NCBI GenBank assembly: GCA_910592345.1
Contig: CAJVPI010000013.1
Location: forward strand, 1-64,000
Reading direction: 5' to 3'
Origin: Paraglomus brasilianum
Lineage: Eukaryota
DNA length: 64,000 nucleotides
Part shown: positions 26,262-40,270 of the stretch, one piece after another
Layout of the letters: every line of letters begins with the position of its first letter
Numbering within the stretch: position 1 is the stretch's first letter
Position numbers and translations under genes: made by a program
Notes under the pieces: model-generated
What the model was told of the DNA's origin: nothing
What the model saw: only the letters and a program-made list of their open reading frames with translations
Database searches by the model: none

Positions 26262-29200
26262 ATGCCGAGGAAGACCAAAGGAGGGTCGTCGGCTGACGAA
26301 AAGGCTGACCTCACCACCATACAAAACCCAACTCAAGATTCCATAGCCTCAGTACTAAAAGAACGTTTCCAACAAGTTATCATATACACTCGCATCAACT
26401 CTTCTGCCCTTGTGGCCGTAAATCCATACAAAGACCTACCCATCTTCTCTGACGCTACTGTGCAAGAGTATGTTGCTGACTATAAAGACACTTCTGGACA
26501 ACGATCTCAACTACCTCCTCACGCCTTCCAGATTGCGTCACAGGCCTATTTGCATATGCGAAGAACTGGACAAGACCAGTCCATCATCCTAAGGCAGGTT
26601 TCAAATTTCTATACTTTGCTTACAGAGCATGTAATAATAATAATAATAGTATCGAATATATGTAAACGTATATCTTTACATACCTTTGGTCATAACTTAC
26701 AAACATTGTTATTTTGTACTCTGTGAAATTCTATACATTTTGCCCGCTTTTTCTCGTTCACATTCTTGTCATCATTATTTCTTCGTACCTTTCATGTCAA
26801 TTGCCATGATTAACTGTTTGTCTCGTGGTTTTGCAATCGCTATTACTCATACTCTTACCATCCCCAACACATTTTAATTCTCAATGTTTACAGCGGTGAA
26901 ACCGGAAGTGGTAAATCGGAAACACGAAAACTAGCTGTCAAATTATTAGCGGGTATAAGTTCACATCAAAAGAAGGAATCACGCGTACTATCCCAAATAC
27001 CCAATTCCGAATTTATTCTCGAATCATTTGGCAATGCAAAAACACTAAAAAACGCAAATGCGTCTCGATTTGGAAAATACACTGAACTACAATTCAACGA
27101 GAGAGGGCGTTTAATTGGAGCAAAAACATTAGACTATTTGCTGGAAAAGAACAGAGTTACAAAAGTTGCGGCGAACGAGAAAAACTTCCATGTATTTTAT
27201 TACTTAATAGCAGGAGCATCAAATGATGAAAAGACTCATTTGCGACTAGCCGATCCCTCGCAGTATCGTTACCTCAACGTCAGCAAGATGAGAGGAACAA
27301 ATGCCAATGATGCCGGAAAATTCGGCGAGTTGAAGCAAGCATTAAAAGCGTTAGGATTTCACAGAAAACATGTCGCACAGACTTTTCAATTATTAGCCGC
27401 AATTCTACATCTCGGTAATATACAATTCGTAGACGATCCTACTAAACAACAGGATGCTGCAAGTGTAAAGAATTTCGATCTTTTAGACCTGGTGGCTGAT
27501 TTCTTGGGCGTTCAAAGCCGGTCGTTGGAAACCGTTCTGACTTACAAAACAAAACTCATAAAAAAAGAAATGTGCACAATCTTCCTTGATGCCGAATCTG
27601 CTGCTGCCCAAAGGGACGACCTGGCAAAAGTATTGTATTCGCTTTTATTTAGCTGGATAGTCGAATATATTAACACTAAACTATGTCATGACGACTTTGC
27701 CAGTTTTATTGGCATACTAGACCTTCTTGGCTTCCAAAACCAGACTACAAACTCGCTGGATCAATTTTGCGTAAACTTTGCAAATGAGAAAATGCATAAT
27801 TTTGTTCTGCACCAAATATTCGAAGCCAACACCGAAGAATATCAATCGGAAGGCATTAACATTCCAAACGTACCCTTTTTCGATAATTCCGAATGTTTGC
27901 GCATGCTAGTCAAACCATCAACCGGAATAATTGCAATAATGGATGACCAAGCGAATAAATCAACCCGCAAGACTGACCACACAATGCTCGATGCCTTCAA
28001 CAAAAAGTATTCAGACCACAGCTCGTATACACCATCAGGCAAATCGCTAAACGCCCTTCCAACGTTCAGCATTCGACACTTTTGCGGACAGGTACAATAC
28101 GACGCAACTGGTTTCCTGGAAAAGAACATCGATAACGTGAGCGGTGATTTTGTAGCCTTGTTCCGTGGTGGAGGCGATACGGTGTCATCGTACAACACGT
28201 TCATCCAAGATTTGTTCACCGACGAAGCCGTTACCACAGAGTCTCATCCTCGTAGCGATAATACTATCGTTGCAGCTCATCAGTCGGTTAAACCGATGCG
28301 TGCTCCGTCCATGCGTCGTAAGAAGGATCAAAAAACTGCTCCCGAGGAGGATTCATCGTCGCAACCCAAAGCTACATGTGTTGCCACTCAAGTTCGTTCG
28401 GCCCTTGATGAATTGTGTGAAACGCTAGAAGCGACTACCCCTTGGTTCGTGTTTTGTATACGCTCGAATGATTCTCAGTTGCCTAATCACTTTGATCAGA
28501 AGGTTGTTAAAGCCCAAGTAAAGTCATTCGGGATACCAGAAATAGTCAGCAAGTTAGCTACAGAATATACTATCACATATACACACGGAGAATATTTGAA
28601 GAGGTATTCTGGTATCCTGGATTCAATGAATATTGAACAATCGAGAGATGTCAAAGCAAAGATTGAAGCGGCCGCGACTATTTTCGGATGGAGCGCTTCT
28701 GAGCTGGCTGTTGGCAAGACAAAGGTGAGCGTCTAAACAGAGTTTTCCGCATAAACTGTCAGCACGTTGTTAAATTTTGCACTGCATTTTCTGTTTATAG
28801 GTCTTCTTGAGCGAAAAGGCCTGGCGTGATTTAGAAGATAATCTCCGCAGCATGGACAGCGAAGAGAAACGCCGCAAAAAAGAGGCCAAAGCAGCCCCCC
28901 CGCCCGTAGATTACAACCGTGCCGACGATGCGATTTCTCAACGCTCCTTCCCTTCCAGTCAAGCTCTCTATGCCAATAGACCTCGTGGATATGATAACCA
29001 ATCATACATTTCTGGCGACGATGTTCGGTCGTACATGTCTGAAGATGATTATTACCCAGAAGACTATTCTGCATACGACGATACTACCTCAGAGGTTTAC
29101 GCGCCATCGCATAATATGTTTAGAGAACTAGAAACAAAGAAAATGCTAGACGATGAAAAGGATATCGAAGAGGAGATTGAAGAGCCAAAGACGACAGCTG

Positions 29201-32199
29201 CAAGGAGAAAGTGGGTGGTTATCACATGGTTGCTCACCTGGTGGGTGCCCCCCTGTTTCCTTAATTGGTGTGGCGGAATGAAACGAAAGGACATTCAGAT
29301 GGCGTGGAGAGAGAAGGTTGCGTTATGTTTTTTCATATTTCTCTTCTCTGCCATTGTCATTTTTATGATTGCTGTATTGGGTAGACTCATCTGTCCGACA
29401 GAGTTTGTATTCAATGATTCAGAGTTGTCTGGAGATAACGCACTTGCCGAGATACGTGGTGAAGTATTTAAATTGAACGAGTTTGCCCCGAGGCATTACC
29501 CGACAGGTTTGGTAGATGTGAAAGCGATAATGGCATATGGAGGAAAGGATGCTACCAATTTATTCCCGGTTCAAGTTAGCGCTCTATGTGGAGGGTATAC
29601 TGCCGACGGTGTGAGCGAGGCTGTGACTTTCGACGCTTCAAATTCTACCGCACTTGACCAAAATTCAGTCTATCATGATTTCCGGTATTCGACTACTGAT
29701 TACCGAAAAGATTGGTATTACGAAAAGATGATTGAATTGAGAGCTAATTATTTGGCTGGACAAAGGGCATACTCGAGCAAGCTAGTCAAGTCACTATCTT
29801 TCAAGAAACAAATAGCAATTCTGAACGACAAAGTCTTTGACCTTACATCGTACGCACAGGGAGGTCGTCGCCTAGTGGGACCCAACAATCAGGACCTAAC
29901 GGGCTCTAGCACAGACTTTATTCATCCATTGATTGTATCACTGTTTCAGACAGATGCCGGTACCGATATTACAAAGAAATTCAATAACCTTGGCCTCGAC
30001 CCCGACGTACAAACAAGACAGGAGATATGTTTGCGTAACTTATTCTACAAGGGTGTAGTCGATCATCGTTCCTCACCTCAATGTTTATTCTCGAGATACA
30101 TTCTTCTTGTATTCACTGGATTCTTGGTAGCAGTTATCATCTTTAAATTTTTGGCTGCTTTGCAACTCGGAGCTAAGCGTGAACCAGAAGAACATGACAA
30201 ATTTGTCATCTGTCAGATTCCATGCTATACTGAAGGAGAGGATTCACTGAGAAAGACCCTGGATTCATTGGCTGTCTTGCGATATGACGACAAGAGAAAG
30301 CTTTTGTTTATTATTTGCGATGGTATGATTGTCGGTAGCGGTAACGATCGTCCAACTCCGGCTATTGTGTTGGAAATTCTCGGCGTTGACCCTAATCTCG
30401 ATCCCGAACCATTGAGTTTCTTGTCTCTTGGCGATGGTACTAAGCAGCATAATATGGGCAAAGTATATTCTGGATTGTACGAATGCAACGGGCATGTAGT
30501 TCCATATCTGGTGGTTGTCAAAGTTGGAAAACCTGGTGAGCGCGCTCGTCCCGGTAATCGTGGTAAACGTGATTCTCAGATGGTTTTGATGCGATTCCTC
30601 AACAAAGTCCACTTCAACGCGGAAATGACACCCCTCGAATTAGAGATTTATCATCAAATCAAGAACGTTATTGGAGTCAACCCCAGTTTCTACGAATATA
30701 TTTTAATGGTGGACGCTGATACCGAAGTCTTACCCGACTCGTTGAACCGTCTTGTCTCGGCTTTCATGCATGATACACGAGTCATGGGATTGTGCGGTGA
30801 GACGACCTTGGCTAACGAGAAGGACACTTGGGTTACTATGATTCAAGTGTACGAATATTATATTTCTCATCACTTGGCAAAGGCGTTCGAATCTCTCTTT
30901 GGATCAGTAACCTGTTTGCCAGGATGTTTTTGTATGTATCGTGTACGCACGCCCGACACTCACAAGCCATTGTTGATCAGCAACGGAGTAATAGATGACT
31001 ATGCCGAGAATCGTGTTGATACTCTTCACAAGAAGAATTTACTTCATCTTGGTGAAGACCGTTACCTAACTACTCTGATGATGAAGCATTTCCCCCATAA
31101 CAAGATGACTTTTGTGCCTGATGCCCAGTGTAAGACGAGCGCTCCCGATACATGGACCGTGTTGATATCTCAGCGTCGTCGATGGATTAACTCCACTGTG
31201 CATAATCTTATGGAATTGGTCTTTTTGCCTCAGCTCTGTGGTTTTTGCTGTTTCTCTATGCGTTTCGTGGTCTTGCTTGACTTATTCGGTACCATTGTTA
31301 TGCCTGCTACGGTGGCTTATCTTGCATATCTAATATACTGCATTATTGTCGATCCGACAACTATTCCAATTACCTCACTTGCATTACTGGGTGCAGCGTA
31401 CGGTTTGCAGGCTATTATATTCATCTTGAGACGCAAATGGGAACACGTTGGATGGATGATTGTATATATTCTGGCTATTCCGGTGTTTGCTTTTTATCTA
31501 CCAATATACGCCTTTTGGCACTTTGATGACTTTTCATGGGGTAACACACGTATGGTAGTTGGCGAGAGAGGTAAGAAGAAATTAGTAGCAGACGAGGGCA
31601 AGTTTGATCCAAAAAGCATACCAAAAAAGAAGTGGTCAGACTATGAACAAGAACTGTGGGAAGTCAATTCAGAAGAGTCAGTACAGACAAGAGTGTCAGA
31701 TAAATCATACCGAAGTCATACCTCAAAGAAAGCTGGTTCAGTTGCTGGTTCGAAATTTGGATCTGCATATGGAGACTTCCATGAAGAATATGGTCAGCGT
31801 GCTAGGTCTCGATCACCAGCTCCGCGTTATACAGGGGATGATCGTCGCACTTCACGTGCGTTATCAAACGTTGCATCTCAGCATCCAGGCGACTACACGT
31901 CACAACGGGGCTCGCAATACTTGTCGAGTCGAGCTGGAGAGTATGAATATTTTGGCGGCAACTCTAGACCCGTAAGTACGGCAGAGGGTGGTCACTATGC
32001 TAGAGATATTGTTCCTGCTGAACCAAGCGATGATGAGATCCTTCAAGAGATAAGAAGTATCCTCTCAGCAGCAAATCTCATGACTGTAACCAAGAAACAA
32101 GTACGCGATGAGCTCTCTATGCGGTTTGGATTTGATATGAATTCAAAGAAAGAGTACATTAATAACTGTATAGAATTGTTTTTACAAGGAAAATTGTAG
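26262..32199 (+). CDS. Class V chitin synthase with N-terminal myosin motor (CsmA/ChsV/Mcs1-type); exons 26262-26593, 26894-28724, 28801-32199
   Basis: Myosin motif AVNPYK, PPHAF, P-loop SGETGSGKS, switch I NASRFG, DQFCVNFANE, GKTKVFL; cytochrome-b5-like region; chitin synthase motifs GNRGKRDSQ, MVDADT, VTCLPGCF, LGEDRYLT, QRRRW; DEK-C tail (ANLMTVTKKQVR). An intact P-loop favours class V over class VII. Confidence 0.97.
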
Positions 32200-33916
32200 A
32201 AGATAGTCTATCCATATTTAGTGAAGTAATGTGATAACGGTTTTCTGTCTAGATCTTCCCTTTTTTTTTGGGATTGTAAAACAGGAGATGATTATTTTTC
32301 TTCACTTGCAGCAATATCCGACTTTGGACTATGTATTTGTAATTTAGCGGAAGAGTTTCCTTTCATTGTAGGATTATTTTTGAACGAAATTTTCTTTTAC
32401 ACATTTTACTACATTTTTTTTGTTACGATTGTTAATCAACTCACAAAGTTAATAGAATTATAAATTTCAGCACTAATCAATGTAAATGATGATGTGATAT
32501 TGGAATGCCAAGTTGAAATCGCCCTTGTGGAAAAAGGAGGGGAGGGTTCTGCCGCTGGTCGTTAGAGTGTAGGACTGAGGGCAAGAATGCGAAGCATGCT
32601 CGCATCTTTCCATACAGTTTTCGCGTCAAGCACTAAAATTCACAGCCTCTTGAAATCTAGTAGACGGATGTTTCGTGCTTGTTCAGAACAAGTTAAACCA
32701 GACCTCACGCAAAAGACATGGATGAAAGCCATAAATAGACTCGTGAGTACTTTTTAACAATTCCCCACATACGCTAATACTGGTAAATTTTATTTTCGTT
32801 GCGTCGCACAATGCGAGGTCTGAGAAAGTGGATCGTCACGTACTACGATCGTTTACCTGTGAAAAAGATAGGGATACGGAGATTATTAGTTCAACATCCA
32901 ATTTGCAGGTTATCCATATCTGGTAAATATTCATTTACAACGTTACACCAAGATTATATGTTACAACCCCCTCTTTGTGTCAACTATTTAAAGGTCGCGA
33001 CAATATAAACTTGGTGGGAATCCCTTCAACGAGTTACACTGCATAGTGTATATTTATAGCAGTCTTAATATTTGTATGGGCACCTTGCCCTGCCGCGGAC
33101 CAGTCATATGTACGTGTCGTGTGTGCATGTGAGCGGCAGTGTCAAGCTACAATAATCAGCTTTACTTCATGCCATAAAATGTTTGTCTACCAATTTTCTT
33201 TTGTGATAATAATTTCTCTCTAAATGGCCGTTTTCGTTATAAGTGATTGGGTAATGCGCTTGACGTTTCTACCGGCCGGAACTTGGTAATTTGACCAACT
33301 GTCATTTTGGTTTTCCATCGCGGCACTGTTTTTTACGTCACCATGAACACGCGGTTGTTGCTAGATGGTTTCGAAGTAAATGCGGCCAATTCCTAATACG
33401 TTTTCTGCGATTCCAATACTGACAAGTTCCCCTGTTAATTTTAAGACATCGGCCGGTACTTATTTCACCACCATCTATATGAAAAAACAATAATCTTGTT
33501 GGGGATCATTTTTAGCAATCCTATATATTTTATAACTTTCACTGGCGACACTGGTAGCATTATTGGAAAATCGAATGGTAAATTTTAAATTGACCAAATG
33601 TTTTGGGTTTGAGTATTTCTTCCATACGATATAATTTAAAAATGAAAAACTTGGATGTCTGATTTCTCGTATATTTTTCAAATTGCTCATAATTTAAGAA
33701 ACAAAAATGCATTCATATACAGTAGATGTATCGATATTAATATGGTCAAGCAGCAGCAGTTATTACTTATCGTTTATTAAGCTTCTAATACTGTATATTG
33801 TCTATCAATCTGTACATTAAAATAATATTATTAGTTTTATTTTATTGTTTCTAAATATACCTCTATCGAGCTTTTGATATAATTAACTTTTAATCTCAAC
33901 CACTTCCTTGATCTCC

Positions 33917-35322
33917 TCATTTCGGGTACCAATACGGCCGATTTGTTAGCGATCCATTAAATACCTGCGTCCCACCTTCAATACTTGGATCCGTGGCATC
34001 CACAAACTCGTAAACCATCTTCCCACTCTTGTCGCTTATTCTCACATGTAGGAAGCCGACTGTTCCCTTAGCACTTACCCAATCGTCACCTTCGCAGGCT
34101 TTACTGGTTCTACTACCTGCCCCAGAAATAAATTGAGCAAAACGAGACCACCTTGTTGGTGCTAAGAATTCTAGCACATGGTTGTGTCCAGCGAAATAAG
34201 CTGTTACTCGGTGTCGATCTAGAATAGGAATTAATTCTTTCATCCTATAACGCTGAGCACAGTCACCGATCAATGGGTGATGACCTTATATTAAAACCAA
34301 AAGTATAAATTAAGTTATGCTATTGGCGAACGTCAAACTAGTACATCATATATGCGAGAATGTTACCTATGACGAAGATCCACTTGGCATCCTGGTTCTC
34401 AACAAGTCTATCCTCGATCCATTTTAGCTTCTCTTCGACCGCTCCATCTCTGTCCCAGCCCATTATCTCAAAGTTACCGAACATTCCTTTTGCTTTTTGT
34501 GTTGCCTCATCGTAGAAAAATATATTGGTATCAATATGGATCCAGGCAACCGTCGAGTTCTTTGGTCCGAAGCTCGTTCTTCGCACGTAGAATAACGCCG
34601 GTAAATAGAATCTGTTGTTTTTGTTGAGACTGTAATCAATTTGGGCGGACACATTGTTGTACCTGTGTAGTGTGGGTAAAGCAAGTGTATGGATTGGCGT
34701 CGTCGTTATTCTAGTCACGATGAGGGTTTAAAAGAATGGCACAAGATATCCACTGCTCTTGTGAATAAAAAGGCTCATAGATGGTTAAATAAAAAATCTT
34801 TACCAGTCATGATTTCCGGCGACAGTGTACCAATTTATTGACGATAGCTTTGCACCATTGTAGACATCTAACCATATAGTATTCCATTTTTCATCATCAA
34901 CCGTTTGCACACCTTGATAGTCATATTTACCTCCTTTATAAAAGTTATCTGTAGTCAAACGAAATTTGCACAATCAGTTTTAGAAAGTAAGTAATTGTCC
35001 CCTTTTCCCTTCACCCGTCAATCTGATGTATGCTTGTGAGTTTCAACGAACCTCCGACATTCACAACAAACTTGCTATCGTGTTCGTCAGCGCAAATCTC
35101 CATGGCATCAGCGACTGCTTTCTGCAAAAACTTGTGAGTAGCAGGATCTTGTCCGTTCATGCCCCAATCTCCGAATACTAGAAAGTCCAAGTCTTCATCG
35201 GTGAAGGCCTCCTTATGCACCGTGGAGGTTGATTGCCAATCACTTATGTCACAAACACACAGACATACGAGTGTTAATAGTATTATTAGAAGGTATAGGT
35301 CAGGTTTCGCAGGCCGTAACAT
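33917..35322 (-). CDS. Secreted purple/tartrate-resistant acid phosphatase (ACP5-like metallophosphoesterase)
   Basis: Signal-peptide-like N-terminus; after splicing all five metal-ligand motifs are present: GDWG, GDNFY, AGNHDW, GHHP, GHNH; also ISGAGS. Four exons. Confidence 0.9.
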
Positions 35323-37605
35323 ACTCTCTGGTAAATGTTCGTGATAGTGTGTGGTCGAACTTGTCCCTCACATGATGTGTGGGCTAATCAAGAAAATTTT
35401 CTGGTAACGATTATCACGCGTTACTATTTATGTCAAACATCAGATGGAAAAGGATTGGCAAATACGAGAACCTGCTGTTATTAATAGATATCATAAATCT
35501 CAAAGATAGCATGAAGTGACTTATCAGAGGCGTTTTAAAGACAATAAACTAATAATAGGGCCACATTAATATTAATACCCATATATATCGATTTTCTTAA
35601 TGAGTGACTGTCAGCTAGCATTAGTCCAGTCCTTAATCGAAATACGCACGTATTTTCTGTCGTTATAACCATTTAGTATACAAATTGCAGTTATGATAGC
35701 ATTGGAAAATAATTGCAATTACTTTAGCCAAGAGCCTGATATATAGAAAGTCCCATTAGATAACAATTGTATAATATTCGAACCAACAACGCGTTCTTTG
35801 TTTGCTTTCGTAATTTAGCACAGGTAAGAGCAATGGCAACCTGTCAGTACAATGGCATTATTAATCCAATGTATCTCAGCTTTATAAGACAACACATATT
35901 CCCATATCCACTTTGTATGAAAACGTTCAGTATTACTGTGTTGATTGGAAAGTTTTGGCCCTTAGGCCAAAATTGACGTATCGAGTTTGCATGTGTATGG
36001 TACATATGTATGACCGACAGCATTGTTGAAAATTAACAATTTACGTTTTGGCGGGAGATGTAATGCAGAACAAGAAGTCACGCTCCTGGTAGTCCATGTT
36101 GGACCATGCCTAATTTTTCTAAACGTGCCATGTCAAGAGGAGATAAAAATTGGGATTTTCATCATCCAAGTAGGCTTCTGCTCAAAATTTACAATCACAA
36201 GAAACACCTTGGTATCTCTTTTCAATATACTGGGGTCGTGTCCCAGACCCTTGGAGAAGCTTGAGTGATTGGGACCTTTATTATATCGAAAAATTTCCCG
36301 GATGTAAAAAGGAAGAAGCACATCGGTCCCGAGTCTTGAGCTTAATAATCTTCTTAGGAACGTACCAAGTGGAGGTCTAAAACAAACGCGTCGAAAAAAG
36401 CTTTAAAGGTTAGTGCCTTTTCATTATGTTTATTCATAGAAACATATCACCGTGCCCTGCAGTCGTGTTCTGAGCGATTCGCTGCACAAGGCAACTTGTG
36501 TTGTTGCCTGAACATACTGTAGTCTGGGCTGCAAGCCCCCATTACAGCATGTGTGGCTAATGACAATTATGTAACAGATGGTTGAAAATAATTTTGGTTT
36601 AACATTTCTTAATAAAGATGAGCGAATAATTAACATTACTTATATGTTTAACGTTATCTGGTGTTTTATGTTTTTTTTTTTTTATTCTATCACTAGCGCC
36701 ACTGAATATTATTTAAACCAAATCACTCGGCAACTACTAAATTAAGGATAACAGTGCGGGTTAATATTGACTTTTATGTGATGCAATAATAGCTCACAAG
36801 ATTTTTTATTTTCTATAATGGTAACTTTCCGTTACGAACGACTTATTTGCACAGAATGTCAACCAATTAACCCGTCATTTAACATCATGATAGTGGCCAT
36901 TCTTTGTTCGATATAATTTTAATCACATGACCATTTATACTAATACCGCAATTGAATAAATATTTTAGAAGGCTAGATAGAATTGTGGCCTTTTGAGAAA
37001 TATAGATAATTCGACCGCTTTACGTACTTCAGATGACACAAATTTATTATAGAGGTGCGTTTCCATATAATATGGCCTGATATACTTTCTATGCTAGTAT
37101 TCGAATGGTATAATAATCTCGATATAATGAAGTCAACGGGATGGGGATTTTTCTTCACTATATCAAAAATTTTCAAATACTGTATATATGTCAGCTTGAA
37201 ATTTATGTCAATTTGGAATAATAAGTAAATCAGATAAAAGGTATTTATTAAGCAATGTCAATTATGTATATATACTAATGTTAATGGTTATTGTACTAAT
37301 CAAATAAATAATACAAATAGTATCGTGTTCTTACTAACGAGTTTATTATAAGAGTTTTAAGAAATAATTTAACGAGACTTGAAGTATTGACTCTAATTTT
37401 GATAATGATTACCAATTCCAACACGTTAGTTAGTATTAGTGCATAACGAGAGGAGAGTTTAATTTAAATGACGATTGGAAGCATGCAATATTCACCAGAC
37501 TGCCTTCCAATTTAGAGCACTGGAGGGAGAAAGCCCAATTCATAAGGATAGAAGAATTTTGCAGCAAAGGAAAGACAAGTCTCTATTGTTTTCGCCAAAC
37601 AATAG

Positions 37606-37851
37606 ATGCCTCATTTTATGTTCCACCCTAAGGGGAAACCTTCTAAAAATTGGCTGGTACAGAATATTGATAAGCAAGAAAGTTCATTGGCAACATTAAA
37701 GGCTCATACTGATTGTGGACAATGTTTCTTGCTGATTAGATTCTTTTATGCACATGGAATAGAAACAGAAACAGATTTTGGACAAGCTGTTCAATGGTAT
37801 CAACAATCAGCAAAGGCAGGCAATGCTACTGCTCAATGTAATCTTGGTTAG
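37606..37851 (+). pseudogene. Truncated SEL1-like repeat gene relic
   Basis: FFYAHGIETETDFGQAVQWYQQSAKAGNATAQCNLG* is one SEL1 repeat ending in a stop; upstream frame is broken. Confidence 0.7.
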
Positions 37852-38138
37852 ATGAATTGGAGTGTTTTATTTATGACAGAGGAATTGAATTGATGCCCGA
37901 AATTAAGCGGTGTGAGCTAGTGATAGCGAGTAATGGTGAATAAAAGCTACTTGTTCGAGCAATTTTATTTAATTTTTCGGAACTGTTATAAGATATATCG
38001 TTTGTAGCAGCAGACATGAACAGATTCAACTTAAGTTGTCTCGCTCATTGTTATGACTATCATTTCCATATTTGTACACTGGAATATTGTATTAGTATTA
38101 GTATTAGTGTGTCTAACACTAAAGTAACTTTAACGAAC

Positions 38139-39624
38139 ATGTCAAAAACCAGAGGCATAGCAATCGCGATCCCTTCAAGAGATCCAATACCCGAAAGAAC
38201 ACAGGTAGACCAACCAATAATCGTAGAGACTCTATCACCTCCTGAGCGTCAAGACAAGCACAGAAAAATAAAAACAAGCAAGCGAAGAATACGTGCATGG
38301 GAGGACGATCCCGACGAACAGCCAGTGAATGTCAATGTTACTACCATGGCAGAGCTATGCAAAGACGTAAGGGTTGGTCGGAAATCAAAAGTCTTCAGGG
38401 AGCTCGAAAAAGCCAAGTACGAAAAATTTCAAGAGCGAAAGGCCAAAAAGAAACGACTCACTGCGGCGGTTCGATCAACGCCTGTTACCGACGAACCAGA
38501 ACAAGCCTCTCCGCCAGTACCTCAACCTCCTCCTCCTCCTCCTCTTCTTTCACCTTCTCCGTCTCCTCCTTTATCTTCTCCTATCCCTTTGTCTTCTCCT
38601 TTAATTCGACCATCACAACCCGTCTCGATAATTGAGGGTGAAGAGGTATCCATATTCGATGGTATAGAAGATCCAGACGAAGTCATAAACACAAGATCTC
38701 GGAAAAGTGAGACCTCAATTACTTCTGATATAGACGTTTCTGATGGCGCCCTAGAAGACGTCTTACGGAACGACGGACCACATAAACGACAAAGAACAAA
38801 TTCTATTACTTCTGAACACTCGATTGAGATTGTACATAGTGATGAGGAGGCGTCACAGGCGGTTGATTCTGGACCAGAGTCAAATGACATTAGAGCTCTC
38901 GAATGGGACCTAGGTGGCATCAAAGAGACGTATGTACAGCTGGCGAATGATATTTGAGTAATCGTAGGGATATGTAACATCCTTAGTTATAAAACCCCTT
39001 TGTTGTCAATCTAATCTAGTACGGCCGCTCCTCAAGTCAGAGTAGTAAACGGGGAAATAGTAATAGATGAAGACTCGTTACGTATCGATCGGTCTGCTAT
39101 GCATAAACCAGTCCAGGAAGAGTTGTTAGAATTGGTGGTAGAAAATCCATACTCAACGATAATAAACAGTGCTAGCTATTCAAAGAGAAGCCGAGCAAAC
39201 GAAAAATGGAAGGAGGAGGAAACGGAACTATTCTACAAGGTATCTATTAACACGAGTGTGTGTGTATATGAATTCTCGTATAAATAATTATGGATACATT
39301 TTTTGTTGTCCATTATTATAGGGCTTGTCCATGTGGGGCACGGATTTTGAGATAATATCCAAACTTTTTCCAACCCGAACTCGTAGACAAGTTAAGGCAA
39401 AGTTTAAGCGAGAGTCGAGGTTGGATCCAAAAAGAATCAACGAGGCTACTGCCAATCGGATTCCTATAGGTAAATTTTAATATTTGTATCGTGTATTGCT
39501 ATCTACGCTATCTACGCGCATTCGGGTATGATAGTTTGTACTAATAATGACCTGTTGTTCAGATTTAGAGGAATTTACCAAGATTACTGGCGTAACTTTG
39601 AACGTTCAAGATATTTCGGATTGA
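38139..39624 (+). CDS. BDP1: RNA polymerase III factor TFIIIB subunit B'' (Bdp1, SANT/Myb domain)
   Basis: TMAELCKDVRVGRKS; APQVRVVNGEIVIDEDSL; INSASY; KWKEEETELFYKGLSMWGTDFEIISKLFPTRTRRQVKAKFKRE; four exons, stop TGA 39622-39624. Start 38139 preferred over 38016. Confidence 0.92.
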
Positions 39625-40039
39625 GTACCTATTATTGTATGGAATAAACGGATAATGCTGAATCATCCTTGTACTATATTTAGAATTTATATAAAGTCTC
39701 ACACTTTATTACTGATGTTTTATATGTATTTTATTTGTTATTATTTAGTTGAGTTCGAGTATAGAGGAGTTGTTGATGGCTTTCTATGTTTGATTATTGA
39801 TGCATGTATGCTTTTTCCAATATCCTCGTATGTTATAAAGGTTCAATACCCGTCGCGTCACGTATTGGCTCTCCTTCGCCCTACTCCTTCCGTCGGCCCG
39901 CTGTCCTCGTGAGGAAGCAATATATTGTTGCATTTGAACTGTGTTTACTGCGGATATTCTATTTGTTCCAGGGGAGCTGCGTAAGTGTAGGTGTTTGCGT
40001 TAACCCCTTTCAAGTGGTGGTCTTATCGGATATTTTAAC

Positions 40040-40270
40040 TATGCAGTTAAGCGCTAGCCTGCATAGTTCGATAGTTTTTTGGATATTCTGTTGTACCCCG
40101 AATAAAAGATTGCGAGATAGAGTTGCGCTCCTCGTCTAGCCGCGATTTGAAGCAATAAAAATGCCATTAAATCGTTTCCTTCAACACCCTCGCCGTGGTA
40201 ATAACAAAGAGCAAAATTATGTAACGCGATAAGGTGTCCCCGTTTGGCAGCTCTTCGATAATATCTGATA
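40040..40270 (-). pseudogene. SEL1-like repeat gene relic
   Basis: YYRRAAKRGHLIALHNFALCYYHGEGVEGNDLMAFLLLQIAARRG then a shortened, frameshifted further repeat. Confidence 0.65.

Noticed and set aside
27842..31975. Antisense and alternate-frame ORFs inside the chitin synthase
   Set aside because: Shadows of a long real CDS; the same applies to those within ATG1, BDP1 and the coiled-coil gene.
38016..38138. Upstream in-frame ATG extending BDP1
   Set aside because: The extension is AT-rich with (ATTAGT)n and looks like promoter/UTR; 38139 is preferred.
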